Positions 17,982-28,244 of a DNA stretch of 64,000 nucleotides are shown here, piece after piece. The first letter of the stretch is position 1, and every line of letters begins with the position of its first letter. The notes below the pieces were generated by a model, which worked only from the letters and a program-made list of their open reading frames with translations, had not been told where the DNA came from and did no database searches. Source of the stretch: Hymenobacter sublimis (lineage in GTDB: Bacteria; Bacteroidota; Bacteroidia; Cytophagales; Hymenobacteraceae); assembly GCF_023101345.1 (NCBI RefSeq), contig NZ_CP095848.1, positions 2,485,297 through 2,549,296 of the forward strand, in the 5' to 3' direction. The translations under genes were made by a program, and so were the position numbers.

Positions 17982-19040
17982 TTGATGTTAAGCAAGAACA
18001 AAACCACTCGTCAGCGGGTGCTGCGCGTGGTTGTGCACGTCGCGGCCTGGGTGGGGGTAGCCTTTATTCCGCGTCTGCTGTCGGATAACCCGCCGCCATT
18101 TCAGCTACGACACCTGACGCTGCCGCTGCAGCTGGCGGGCTACTTCTACCTGAATTACTACGTGCTGATTCCGCGCCTTTTTGCCCGGAAGAAGTTTGCG
18201 CTTTATTTCCTGGTAGCCTTGGGTTTGCTGGGGTTGATGTACATGCCCATGCTACTGCGGATGGCGGGCATTATCCAGCCCATGCACCACCGGCCGCCGG
18301 GCGCCATGCACTACTCGCGGCCGCCCCAGGGTCTGTGGGTGATGGGCATTCTGGTCTGGATTATTAGTAGCGGCCTGCGCATTACCAGCGAATGGTTTGA
18401 CGCCGATAGCGCCCGGCGCGACCTGGAAAACAAGCAACTCACGGCCGAGCTGGCCTTTCTTAAGTCGCAGGTAAGCCCGCACTTCCTGTTCAACACGCTC
18501 AACAACATCTACTCCCTGGCTCAGTTGAAATCAGACGACACGCCGGAGGCCATCATGCAACTGTCCCAACTCATGCGCTACATGCTATATGAGTCGGCCG
18601 CCGCTAGGGTGCCGCTGGCCCGCGAGACGGAGTACCTGCGCACCTACATTGACTTGCAGCGCCTGCGCCTCGACCCCGAGGAAGTAGACATTCGGTTTAC
18701 CGTGGATGGGCCTCTGGATGGGCATTTAATTGAGCCTATGCTGTTGATTCCGTTCGTGGAAAATGCCTTTAAGCACGGCATCAGCGCCCAGAACTTTTCG
18801 CGCATTGCCGTGAATTTGATTGTGCGCGAAGACCAATTGCTATTCACGGTGCAGAACTCGCGCTTTCCCCGCACCGGCGGCCACGACCCCAACTCCGGCA
18901 TCGGGCTACCCAACGTGCGCCAGCGCCTGCACCTGCTCTACCCCGACGGCCGCCACCAGCTGCACGTAGAGGAAACCGACGATGAATTTATGGTAGAACT
19001 CACTCTGACTTTAGCGTATGCTCCGGTGCCTGCTCGTTGA
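17982..19040 (+). CDS. LytS/YehU-type sensor histidine kinase (membrane N-terminus + His_kinase domain)
   Basis: 'FLKSQVSPHFLFNTLNNIYSLAQL' H-box region typical of LytS-family kinases. Hydrophobic N-terminus. Confidence 0.8.
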   Translation: MMLSKNKTTRQRVLRVVVHVAAWVGVAFIPRLLSDNPPPFQLRHLTLPLQLAGYFYLNYYVLIPRLFARKKFALYFLVALGLLGLMYMPMLLRMAGIIQPMHHRPPGAMHYSRPPQGLWVMGILVWIISSGLRITSEWFDADSARRDLENKQLTAELAFLKSQVSPHFLFNTLNNIYSLAQLKSDDTPEAIMQLSQLMRYMLYESAAARVPLARETEYLRTYIDLQRLRLDPEEVDIRFTVDGPLDGHLIEPMLLIPFVENAFKHGISAQNFSRIAVNLIVREDQLLFTVQNSRFPRTGGHDPNSGIGLPNVRQRLHLLYPDGRHQLHVEETDDEFMVELTLTLAYAPVPAR

Positions 19041-19761
19041 TGATGAACCCCTGGCCCTGCGCCTGCTCACCAGCTACGTGGAGCGCGTACCGTTTCTGGA
19101 GCTGGTGGGCACCTGCCGCAGCGCCCTCGAAGCCATGACGGTGCTCCAACAGGAACAAGTAGATGTGCTGTTTCTCGATATTCAAATGCCCGACCTCACG
19201 GGCATCGAGTTTGTGCGCAGCATGCAGCCCCAGGCCCTCGTAATTTTCACCACCGCCTACGAGGGCTTTGCCCTGGAAGGCTTCAACCTGAATGCCCTAG
19301 ACTACCTGGTCAAGCCCATTGCCTTTGAGCGGTTCGTGAAAGCCGCCCAGAAAGCCCAAGAACGCCTGGCGCCCCACCAGCCCGAGCCGGCTGCCGCCCC
19401 GGCCCCTACCCCGCCGGCCGCGCCCAGTGCTACCCCCCACGACGACTACATCTTCGTGAAGGCCGACTACCACACCCAGCGCCTCAACCTGCGCGACATC
19501 CGCTACCTGGAGGGCCTGAAGGACTACATCAAGATTTACGCCGGGGCCAAACCCATTCTTACTCTCAACTCCCTGAAGGCCTTCGAGGACCGCCTGCCGC
19601 CCCAGGATTTCGTGCGCGTGCACCGCTCCTACATCGTGGCCGTGGCCCACATTGACTCCATCCGCAAAAACCGCATCTATATGGGCGAGGCCATTATCCC
19701 CATCGGCGAATCATACGCGGAGGCCTTCTTCAAACTGATTGAGGAGCGCAACATGCACTAG
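19018..19761 (+). CDS. LytTR-family response regulator
   Basis: Receiver 'LLVDDEPLAL...VLFLDIQMPDLTG...KP' plus C-terminal LytTR 'RLNLRDIRYLEGLKDYIKIY...FVRVHRSYIV'. Overlaps the kinase by 23 bp, consistent with an operon. Confidence 0.85.
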   Translation: MLRCLLVDDEPLALRLLTSYVERVPFLELVGTCRSALEAMTVLQQEQVDVLFLDIQMPDLTGIEFVRSMQPQALVIFTTAYEGFALEGFNLNALDYLVKPIAFERFVKAAQKAQERLAPHQPEPAAAPAPTPPAAPSATPHDDYIFVKADYHTQRLNLRDIRYLEGLKDYIKIYAGAKPILTLNSLKAFEDRLPPQDFVRVHRSYIVAVAHIDSIRKNRIYMGEAIIPIGESYAEAFFKLIEERNMH

Positions 19762-20068
19762 GGGGTGAAATGGTGACATGGTGAAATGGTGATTGAGCGA
19801 ATAAAAAGGCCCGTCGTCCTTCGTCGCCGCTTGATGCACGGAATGCCCAGGATGACGGGCTTATAGGAAAGGCGTAAGCAGAAAAGCCAGCCCCACGATG
19901 ACGGGCGGATAGTGCCAGAAACGCTACTCCGTTTCTGGTAAGCGCAGAACCGAAAGTCAGCGGAACCAGGAGAAACGTACGTAGCGCTGAGTTACGCGGC
20001 TTTCGTCCGACGCCACAGCTTTTCCGCTCGTCAGCCGTACAAATCGGCACCCCGATTCCTCTCGCCTA

Positions 20069-20971
20069 ATGCCCTGCCTTGCAACCTCCGACCGTTACAG
20101 CATTCAACTGCCCGCCGGCCACCGCTTCCCTATTGCCAAATATGCCCTGATTCGGGAGCAGTTGCTGTGGCAGGGCATTGCCCCACCGGAAGATTTCTAC
20201 GACCCGGGGTTGTGCGCCGAGGAGGATATTTTGCGGGTACATTCCATGGAGTACTGGCAGCGCGTGCGGGACTTGCAGCTCTCGGCGGCGGAGGTGCGGC
20301 GGCTGGGGTTGCCCCAGAGTCCGGAGCTGGTGCGCCGCTCCCTGAGCAGCTCGGCCGGCACGGTGCAGTCGGCGCGCAAGGCCCTGGAGCACGGCATTGG
20401 CCTGAGTCTGGCCGGGGGCACCCACCACGCGTTCCGCGACCGGGGCGAGGGGTTTTGCGTGCTCAACGACATAGCCATTGCCGCCGCCCACCTGCTCCAC
20501 CACGGCTTGGTGCGCCAAGTGCTGGTAGTGGACCTAGATGTGCACCAGGGCGACGGCACGGCCAGCATTTTCCGGGAGGAGCCGCGCGTATTTACCTTTT
20601 CCATGCACGCCGGCGCCAATTACCCCCTGCGCAAGGAGCAGTCGGACCTGGACGTGGCCCTGGACCTGGGCACCGACGACGAAACTTACCTCCGCATGCT
20701 GCACGACACCCTACCTCGCCTACTCGCCCAAGTTCAGCCCGATTTCATCTTCTTTCAAGCCGGCGTTGATGTGCTGGCTACCGACAAGCTCGGCAAGCTG
20801 GCCCTAACCCAAGCCGGTTGCCGCCGCCGCGACGAATACGTTTTGCGCCTCTGCCAGCAGCACCAGCTGCCCGTAGCCGTGAGCATGGGCGGCGGCTACT
20901 CTGAGCAGCTCCGCGACATTGTGGATGCCCACTGTACCACCTTCCGGGTGGCCTACGAAGTGTTTGGGTAG
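20069..20971 (+). CDS. Histone deacetylase-family amidohydrolase (AcuC/HDAC-like)
   Basis: 'GGTHHAFRDRGEGFCVLNDIAIAA' and 'VVDLDVHQGDGT' active-site motifs. Confidence 0.8.
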   Translation: MPCLATSDRYSIQLPAGHRFPIAKYALIREQLLWQGIAPPEDFYDPGLCAEEDILRVHSMEYWQRVRDLQLSAAEVRRLGLPQSPELVRRSLSSSAGTVQSARKALEHGIGLSLAGGTHHAFRDRGEGFCVLNDIAIAAAHLLHHGLVRQVLVVDLDVHQGDGTASIFREEPRVFTFSMHAGANYPLRKEQSDLDVALDLGTDDETYLRMLHDTLPRLLAQVQPDFIFFQAGVDVLATDKLGKLALTQAGCRRRDEYVLRLCQQHQLPVAVSMGGGYSEQLRDIVDAHCTTFRVAYEVFG

Positions 20972-21026
20972 CCTACTCCGGGCGCAGGCTCGCCAGCGTA
21001 AAAATGAACAAAGGAGGCGGCCGGAG

Positions 21027-23441
21027 TTACACCGGAAACGAAACCGTAAAGGTTGAGCCTACCCCTACCTCGCTCTGCACCCTGATAGTGCCGCCCCCAT
21101 TTTCTATCAAGCGCTTCACAATATAGAGGCCTACACCCGTACCCTCCACGTGGGTGTGCAGGCGCTGAAACAGGCCAAACAGCTGGCGTTGTTGCAGTTC
21201 GTTCAGCCCCAAGCCATTGTCCTGCACGGTAAGTAGCACGTATTGCGGTGTGCTTTCGGCGCGCAGCTGCACCCTGGACGAACGGTTCGGGTCGCGGTAC
21301 TTCACGGCGTTGCTGAGCAGGTTGTACACGATACTGCGCAGGTTTTGCGGGGCAAAGGAAATCAGCAAATCCGGGGCTACTTCCACCATGAGCTGGGTAG
21401 CGGCGGCCTGCAGGTCGGGGGCCAGGTCCAGGCGTACATCTTCCACCACCGCCGCGAGTAGCACCGGCTCGGCAGGGGCGGCGTGGGCCAATTGCAGCTT
21501 GGAGAGGTCGGTAAGCTGGGCAATGGTAGTTTGAAAGCGCGCCACCGTGTGGTCGAGCAGGTCCAGCAAATGACTAATCAGCTCGTGCTGCTGAACTTCC
21601 CTGGGCAGATGCTCCCGCAAGGCCAGCATGATGCTTTCGATGTTGGTGATGGGCGCCTTGAGGTCGTGGGAGGCCGTGTACACGAAGGTGTCCAGGTCGA
21701 TGTTGGTGCGCGTGAGCTGGGCGTTGGTTTTGCTGAGCTCGTCGTTGGAAGCCGCCAGTTCCTGGTTTAGGTCCTGCACGCGTTGGCGGGCCAGCACCTG
21801 CTCGGTTACCTCGGTAGCCACCACCGTCACGGCCGTAATTTGGTCGCCCCCATCATGCAAGGGCTGGTACACAAAGTTCCAGTACACCAAGTCGCGGCGG
21901 CCGTGCCGATCAATGTGGGAAGGCAGCTCGTTGGCGACGTAGGGCACGCCGGTAGCCATTACCCCATCGAGCAACTGCTCGAAGCCTTGGCCCGCCGCTT
22001 CGGGCAGCAGCTCGAATAAGGGAGTGCCCAGGGCCTGCTCCGGCGTGCGGCCCCAAATGGCGCACACGGCCGGGTTGGCCAGCTCAATGACGTATTGCGG
22101 CCCCCGGAAAATAGCAATGGCTACTGGCGCCTGCTCAAACAGTTCATGTAACCGGCGTTGCTGAACCTCGTGCTGCTGCCGGGCCAGCACCTGATCCGCT
22201 ACGTTGTAGGCAAAGGTGGAAATACCCACAATCTCCCCGTTTTCGTGGAAGGCTTGGTAGGTGAAGGTGAAGTACATCAGCTTCGGCGGGCCCTCAGGCT
22301 GAGCAATCAGCAGGGGCAGCTCCTCGCCGTAGTACGTTTCGCCGGTTTGATACACGTGGTCGAGCAGGGCTAGCACTCCGCTGTCCACGGTTTCGGGAAT
22401 GGCCTCCGCAACGGTGTTGCCCAGAATCTGGCGTCCCGGAAAAAACTGCAGGTACGCGGCGTTAGCGTATTCGTACCGGTGGTCTGGGCCGCGCTGTATG
22501 CAGATGGCGGCCGGCGTTTGCGCGAATACCTGAAACAAGGTGTTGCGTTCCTGCACCTGGTGCCGGGTAGCTGCCACCAAATCGGCCTGTAGCGCCTCCG
22601 CCTGCTGCCGAGCCTTTACCTGCTGGGTTATGTCGGTAGCCACCACAATGACGCCCGATACGGTGCCCTGCTCAGTTCGCCACGGCAGGTACACAAAATC
22701 AAAATACACCAGCTCCTGCTGGCCGTGGCGCTTCAGGTTGGCCGACAGCTCTTTGGCGACAAAGGGCTTTTCGGTTTCCATGACTCCGGCCAGCAACTCC
22801 TCGTAGCCCGCTCCCTTTGCTTCGGGAATGGCTTCAAACAAGGGCTTATGCAATACTTCCGCGGCCGTTTTTCCCCAAAGCTCCAGGTGGGCCGCGTTTA
22901 CCAGTTTGATGACATGGTCGGGCCCCTCGAAGATGGCAATAGCCACGGGCGCCTGCTCAAATATGTTCGTCAGCTCTGCTCGTTGCCGCTCGGCTTCCGC
23001 CCGGGCGGCCTGCTCGCGGGCCTGGCTCTGGCGGAGGGCCTGTTCAGCGGCGCGCTCGTTGTGCTCCTGGCTAAAGGAAAAACTCACCAGCAGGTGCTGG
23101 CCCAGGCGGCGGCCCACTACCCGGCAGTAGGTGTCATACTGTTCATCCTGGTAGAGCTCCTCATAGTGCCGGGGCTCATCGGAGCCGAATGCCGCGACGT
23201 GGAAGGCAAAGGCCCCGCTGCTCCTCGCCTGCGGAAACTGCTGCAGATACGTAGTGGTAGGCTGCGCCGGCATCCCCAGCAGGCGTTGAGCCGCTGGATT
23301 GACGTAGGAAAAGACGAAGTCCAGTATTTGCCCCGTGGCATCCAGCACTGGCGTGTAACACACGATGCCACTAATTGATAGATCCAGCAATGCGGGCAAC
23401 AACTCGTCGGCAGGAGCCAGACTCAGCGGAAGTGAAAGCAC
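21027..23441 (-). CDS. Multi-PAS sensor histidine kinase
   Basis: Repeated PAS modules with coiled linkers; HisKA 'FVYTASHDLKAPITNIES'; HATPase 'NLLSNAVKY...DNGLGL...GTGVGLYIVKRLIE'. Confidence 0.85.
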   Translation of the reverse strand: MLSLPLSLAPADELLPALLDLSISGIVCYTPVLDATGQILDFVFSYVNPAAQRLLGMPAQPTTTYLQQFPQARSSGAFAFHVAAFGSDEPRHYEELYQDEQYDTYCRVVGRRLGQHLLVSFSFSQEHNERAAEQALRQSQAREQAARAEAERQRAELTNIFEQAPVAIAIFEGPDHVIKLVNAAHLELWGKTAAEVLHKPLFEAIPEAKGAGYEELLAGVMETEKPFVAKELSANLKRHGQQELVYFDFVYLPWRTEQGTVSGVIVVATDITQQVKARQQAEALQADLVAATRHQVQERNTLFQVFAQTPAAICIQRGPDHRYEYANAAYLQFFPGRQILGNTVAEAIPETVDSGVLALLDHVYQTGETYYGEELPLLIAQPEGPPKLMYFTFTYQAFHENGEIVGISTFAYNVADQVLARQQHEVQQRRLHELFEQAPVAIAIFRGPQYVIELANPAVCAIWGRTPEQALGTPLFELLPEAAGQGFEQLLDGVMATGVPYVANELPSHIDRHGRRDLVYWNFVYQPLHDGGDQITAVTVVATEVTEQVLARQRVQDLNQELAASNDELSKTNAQLTRTNIDLDTFVYTASHDLKAPITNIESIMLALREHLPREVQQHELISHLLDLLDHTVARFQTTIAQLTDLSKLQLAHAAPAEPVLLAAVVEDVRLDLAPDLQAAATQLMVEVAPDLLISFAPQNLRSIVYNLLSNAVKYRDPNRSSRVQLRAESTPQYVLLTVQDNGLGLNELQQRQLFGLFQRLHTHVEGTGVGLYIVKRLIENGGGTIRVQSEVGVGSTFTVSFPV

Positions 23442-23720
23442 GGAGAGATAAGAGAGTTACGCGAAATCAGCAGCCTAGAAAAGCTACCATAGATACACCG
23501 TACAACAATAAGCGAAAGTAGCACACCAGCCCCAGTTGAAGCGCTACACTAACACCTGCGTCACCAAGAGGCCCTGCTCAGCACCTATAAGCGGGAAAAG
23601 TTCTAATTACCTGGGAGCTATTACCCAGAATATACGGGTACAAACGGGGCTGGTTTTAGGTAGTGGCCCTGCGCCTGCTACCCCGCCGGCTTCACGTAAC
23701 TCCTGCCTTACCTTTGCCCC

Positions 23721-24731
23721 ATGAATCTGCATAACCCCGCCACCGACCTGCCCGCCGCCAACGCCCTACCCGTTTCAGCCCCGAGAGAAGCGCCCGGCAC
23801 CCCGGCCCAGCAGGCGTTTCGGGCGGCCGTGGAGCAGGTAGAAGGCCTGCGCCAGCGCCTGCGGGAAGTGCGCCAGGAGCAGGCCGAAGCGCGCCGCCGC
23901 TATTGGCAGCAGGTGGGCCCCGCGGCGGCTACCGTGGTGGAAGCCCGCCGCGCCCTGTTCGGGCCCCTGGAAGAAGCCTTGCTGCTCGACTACTTCAGCC
24001 GCCTGGAGCACCGCCAGATTCAGGAGGTGATAGTCGGCAATGCGCGGGCCCTGCAGGATAGGTTTGGGGAAGATGCCGAGGATATTCTGCGTAAATACGC
24101 CCCGCGCCGCCGGGTGGAGGAAGCGGATGATGCTCCTGCCTCCGAGGCCCCTACCCCTACCATCGACCCCAACTTGCCGCCCCACGAGCAAGCGGCGGCC
24201 CACGCCCGCACCCGCCGCAAATCCAAGGCCCAGAAAGCCGAGGAAGCGGCCGCCCAGCAGGCCCGGGAAGAGCAGCAGCGCCTGCTGTCGAACACCAAAA
24301 CCCTTTACCGCCAGCTGGCCCGCCTGCATCACCCCGACCTGGCCCGCGACCCAGCCGCCCAGCAGCAGAAAACGGCTCTGATGCAGCGCATTACCGAGGC
24401 CTACGAAACCAACGACCTGTACACCCTGCTGCAGCTACTCTCGGAAGCCGGCCCCACCGAGGCCACCGACGACGACGTGCTGGCGCGCTACACCCAGGCC
24501 CTGCATCAACAAACAACGGAGCTTAAACAGCAGCTGAACGCCCTGAAATTCGGTGAAAACGGCTTTTTCGGGAGTACCGGCAAGAAACGGGAGCAGGAAA
24601 TCCGCCAGCTCAAGCGCCACCTGCGCGCCGAGGCGGAGTACCTAGCCCACGTTCGTCAGCGTATGCTGGAGCCGGAGGGCCTGCGCGAAGTGCTGCGCCA
24701 ACTTGCTGCCGAGGGTCACGAAACGGTGTAA
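23721..24731 (+). CDS. J-domain-containing protein
   Basis: 'LYRQLARLHHPDLARD' HPD motif in a J-domain-like helix context. The rest of the protein is low-complexity and charged. Confidence 0.55.
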   Translation: MNLHNPATDLPAANALPVSAPREAPGTPAQQAFRAAVEQVEGLRQRLREVRQEQAEARRRYWQQVGPAAATVVEARRALFGPLEEALLLDYFSRLEHRQIQEVIVGNARALQDRFGEDAEDILRKYAPRRRVEEADDAPASEAPTPTIDPNLPPHEQAAAHARTRRKSKAQKAEEAAAQQAREEQQRLLSNTKTLYRQLARLHHPDLARDPAAQQQKTALMQRITEAYETNDLYTLLQLLSEAGPTEATDDDVLARYTQALHQQTTELKQQLNALKFGENGFFGSTGKKREQEIRQLKRHLRAEAEYLAHVRQRMLEPEGLREVLRQLAAEGHETV

Positions 24732-24859
24732 ATCAACTCCTTCACTTCTTTTCCCAGCCTACATCCAGGCGTACCTCGCGCGCTGTGCTTGGTTCGCTCC
24801 CCACGCTGTCATTCCGACGCAGGAGGAATCTGGGGTGGAGCGCGTGAACAGCAATTCTC

Positions 24860-24965
24860 AGCTTGTCATGCCGAGGCATAGCCGAAGCATCTCGCGGGCT
24901 GACACTTGGTTTACTACCTCAATGTCAGCCCGCGAGATGCTTCGGCCATGCCTCGGCATGACGTT
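24860..24965. repeat. Large inverted repeat with ~40-bp arms (GTCATGCCGAGGCATAGCCGAAGCATCTCGCGGGCTGACA ... reverse complement) and ~20-bp loop
   Basis: Seen directly in the sequence. Partial relatives lie at 38775-38800, 53445-53475 and 55897-55945. Confidence 0.55.
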
Positions 24966-25068
24966 TTTTAGCTCTAAATTCGTTGCAAAACGGCTGCTCT
25001 TCGCCTCATAGCCTTCAGGAAGTGATATTTGGTTCATTCTGCGCCGGGAGGATGGCCGGAGTGCTTGC

Positions 25069-26055
25069 TTACCGTAGAAACTCGGCTACCTGTTCCAGCA
25101 CTGCAGGGTCGCGCATGATTTTGTTGTGGCCCAGGCCAGTGGTGGGCCGGAAGTCGAGGCCGGGCCAGCTGGCGGCTATTTCCTGGGCCTCGGCGAAGGG
25201 AATACTAGCATCGTCGTGGTCGTGAAAGAGCATGGCACGGCCCACGGGCAAGCGGTGGCCGGTGCGGACGAGGCTGAAGCTTTCCGCGTCGCGGCCGTGC
25301 TGCTCGCGTACGTAGCGGGCCATGCGGGCCACCACTGCCGGGGGCAGCTGGAGCAGCTCAGCGAAGCGCTGGGCCACGGCGCTGGTGCTCCCCGGAACGG
25401 CCAGCAATACCAAGCGGGGCAACTGGCCGCCCTTGGTCTGGTTAAAGCGCACGGGCACACCAGCCGTGGCAGCCCCACCCAAGGAATGCGCCACCACGGC
25501 GTACACCTCGCCCAGCTCGTCGGCTACGGCCTGCACGGCGCGGGCGTAGGCGGGCAGCGTTACGCGCGTACCGGCGGATGCCCCGTGGGCGGGCGCATCC
25601 AGGGCTACTACCCGAAAGCCCGCTGCGGCCAGGTGGCGGGCCATGGCCCCCCAGAAGCTGGCCCGATGCTCCCAGCCGTGCACCAGCAGCACCGTGCGCT
25701 GGCCCGCCGGGTTCCACTCGTAGGCGGCCACTTGGCCCCGATTGATGGTTACCTCGAAGCGGCGCGCCCCGGCCAGGGCGGCAGGCTCCCACTTCTTTTC
25801 GGGCAGCCGGCGCGGGGTAGTAAACAGCTTCCAGGCGGCACCAAAAGCCAATTCTGTAGAAAGCGCCGCTAGCAGCCGAAATTTCAACTGCAACAAACGA
25901 ATAGCGGACGGCAGGGCGGCCGGGACAGGGGCCGAAGCCGGAGAAGTAGAAGTACTCATGTGGGGGCAAATATCCGCTTCCTTCCGCACTCTGCGGGCAA
26001 GAGCTGGGGCAAGCTCAACTGTTTGCCCCATTTCCCGTATCGGCACCCAGCCCAT
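25069..26055 (-). CDS. Alpha/beta-fold hydrolase
   Basis: 'VLLVHGWEH' oxyanion region and nucleophile elbow 'AHSLGG'. Confidence 0.7.
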   Translation of the reverse strand: MGWVPIREMGQTVELAPALARRVRKEADICPHMSTSTSPASAPVPAALPSAIRLLQLKFRLLAALSTELAFGAAWKLFTTPRRLPEKKWEPAALAGARRFEVTINRGQVAAYEWNPAGQRTVLLVHGWEHRASFWGAMARHLAAAGFRVVALDAPAHGASAGTRVTLPAYARAVQAVADELGEVYAVVAHSLGGAATAGVPVRFNQTKGGQLPRLVLLAVPGSTSAVAQRFAELLQLPPAVVARMARYVREQHGRDAESFSLVRTGHRLPVGRAMLFHDHDDASIPFAEAQEIAASWPGLDFRPTTGLGHNKIMRDPAVLEQVAEFLR

Positions 26056-26098
26056 TTACCCCGCCGATTTTCGCCTGTTTTCTGCGCAGGCAGCTACG

Positions 26099-26566
26099 AT
26101 GTTATTGAATCTATCCGACTTACAAGTACAATACCGCTCTGATGTATCACTCCTGCGCGTGCAATGGCGCGCGCCCCACCAGCGCATGACCCGGTTTCAG
26201 GAAGGCATGAACGCTGTGGTCTACCTGCTGGAGCTCGGCGTAGTTCACACTGCCATTCTCGACCTGCACTACCTGCCCAATATTAGCCTCGACGATCAGT
26301 ATTGGCTGGCAACCAACTGGCTCCCCCGGATTTCAGTGCCCGCCCTGCAGCAGGTAGGCGTGGTGCTACCCTCTTCTAACCTCTATAACCAGCTGGTAGT
26401 AGAAAGCCTTATTCATATAAGCCGGCACTTCATGCACTACGATATCCAGTTCTTTGGTGCTGCCGCGGAGGCGCTGGACTGGTCCGTGGGCAGCCAGCAA
26501 CCAGACCTGCAGCTAGCCCTGGAAAGCGAATGGGCGGCCTATACGCCGGGCCCACTGCCGCACTAG
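26099..26566 (+). CDS. Hypothetical protein. Start set at the internal ATG at 26099, because the upstream part of ORF 25742..26566 overlaps the hydrolase gene antisense.
   Basis: An ATG begins at 26099. The upstream extension lies inside the opposite-strand gene. Confidence 0.4.
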   Translation: MLLNLSDLQVQYRSDVSLLRVQWRAPHQRMTRFQEGMNAVVYLLELGVVHTAILDLHYLPNISLDDQYWLATNWLPRISVPALQQVGVVLPSSNLYNQLVVESLIHISRHFMHYDIQFFGAAAEALDWSVGSQQPDLQLALESEWAAYTPGPLPH

Positions 26567-26762
26567 GTTGCGCGGGCGAAGATGGGTAGGCCAGCCGGCA
26601 TGGTGCTTTCCGTCGTCATTGCCCTGGGGGCGCAGCTTCTGATCGGCCGTTGTTTGGGTTACGGGACCTGACGGACGAGGACGACAGGCTTGCGGATGGC
26701 CGGCAAACCGGTTTTTTCTGATTCCAACTTCCCCCTATTTTCTACCTCCCCGGTTAGGTAGC

Positions 26763-27545
26763 CTAGCCTAGCCGGGCCAGCAGCTCCTCCACTTGCCGCT
26801 CCAGGCGCGTTACCCGCTCCTCTACCAAGGCCGGTGGGCGCAAGTAGGTACTGAACACACCTTGCACTTCCCATACTTCCAGGGCATCTGTAAAAGGCAC
26901 GTCCTGCACCGGATAGTCGGGGTTATCGGCCCGCAGGCGTAGCACGTTGTCGGAACGGTGCTCCAGCAGCCGGCGCACCAACAGTTGATTTTGCAGCACG
27001 AAGGCGTACAGGCGGCCCGCCCGCAGGCGCAGCGTGGCCTTGTCTACCCGGCAGGTTAGCAGCACATCCTGGTGCCGAACGGTGGGCTGCATATCCGCGC
27101 CCTGCATCTCAAAGGCCCGGGTGGCGCCCCCTAGCTCGGGCGGAAACGTTAGGGTAGCCAGGCCCTGCACAAAAGCGGCGTCGTGGTGCCGCACAATGTA
27201 CTCCATGAGCCGGGCCGTGGGCACGTAGGGAGTAGCTCCCGAAGTTCCCTCCGAAGCGGCGTCGGCCGCTGGGGTATCTGGTTGCTGGTACCGCTCAAAA
27301 CCATAGAGGTCGTTTACGGTCAGTTCTTTCGTTAGTAGCAGGTCAACGGAAAGGCCAAAATGATGAGCAATCTGAATTAGCGTCTCCATTTTGGGCTCCG
27401 AGCGGCCCTCTTCGTAAGCCCCTACGCTGGGACGGGCCAGCCCGAATAATTCGGCAAAAGCCGCCTGACTCAGCTTTTTAACCGTTCTTATCTTGCGGAT
27501 GTTCTTTCCGACGTGTGACATCGTAGCAAAAATATTTTCGCTCAA
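26763..27545 (-). CDS. XRE-family HTH transcriptional regulator with C-terminal sensor/peptidase-like domain; the true start may be the internal ATG at 27521
   Basis: HTH 'IRKIRTVKKLSQAAFAELFGLARPSVGAYEEGRSEP'. A perfect palindrome GCTCAAACTTTGAGC lies just upstream. Confidence 0.65.
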   Translation of the reverse strand: MSENIFATMSHVGKNIRKIRTVKKLSQAAFAELFGLARPSVGAYEEGRSEPKMETLIQIAHHFGLSVDLLLTKELTVNDLYGFERYQQPDTPAADAASEGTSGATPYVPTARLMEYIVRHHDAAFVQGLATLTFPPELGGATRAFEMQGADMQPTVRHQDVLLTCRVDKATLRLRAGRLYAFVLQNQLLVRRLLEHRSDNVLRLRADNPDYPVQDVPFTDALEVWEVQGVFSTYLRPPALVEERVTRLERQVEELLARLG

Positions 27546-27717
27546 ACTTTGAGCATATACTGAAACTTCAGTACCATTGCATCGTAAAACTACCAGAATA
27601 CAGTGAACTGCTTTGCTGAATTCAGCTATTTTTTTGAGCCAAACTTAGTCGCTGGCTCTACCTGGCCAAGGCAGGTAGCACTCGGTTCGCTTTTTCTTCT
27701 ACCCTTATATCCACTGT

Positions 27718-28116
27718 ATGGTCAACCGCTACTTTACAACTATCAAGGGCTTTTTGCTGGAATTGGGCTTTGATATCCGCCACGAAGAGGCGGCCGCCAA
27801 CGTTCTGGTTGTCAATAAGCTCGACCAGGGTATCCGGCATCTGGTGCTTAGCTGCGGAGAACCGCTTTTGATTCTGGAGCAGCACCTGCTGGATTTGCCG
27901 GGCCCTTCCTGCGAGGTGTACCAGCAGTTGCTCCAGAAAAACCGCGACATCATCCACGGCGCCTTCGTGCTGGATGAGTCGGGCCGCAAGGTCATCTTCC
28001 GCGACACCCTGCAGCTAGAGCACCTCGACCGGCCCGAGCTGGAAGCGGTATTCAACTCCCTGGCCCTGCTGCTCAGCGAATTCAGCGACGAGCTGATTGC
28101 CTTTTCCAAGGCTTGA
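27718..28116 (+). CDS. Hypothetical protein
   Basis: ORF only; no recognisable motif. Confidence 0.3.
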   Translation: MVNRYFTTIKGFLLELGFDIRHEEAAANVLVVNKLDQGIRHLVLSCGEPLLILEQHLLDLPGPSCEVYQQLLQKNRDIIHGAFVLDESGRKVIFRDTLQLEHLDRPELEAVFNSLALLLSEFSDELIAFSKA

Positions 28117-28244
28117 TCTTCGAGGCGGCGAAGCTCCAGCTTTGTCCGATGTGGCCCGCGCCAAGGCCCCGTACTGCCCACCGGCGTTCTACCTAGGATG
28201 CGAAGCTGGAGCTTCGCGCTACCCCTCATTCATCCTACACTGCT

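Noticed and set aside
25742-26098. N-terminal 119 codons of ORF 25742..26566
   Set aside because: This region overlaps the alpha/beta hydrolase gene antisense. An internal ATG at 26099 gives a non-overlapping 155-aa protein.
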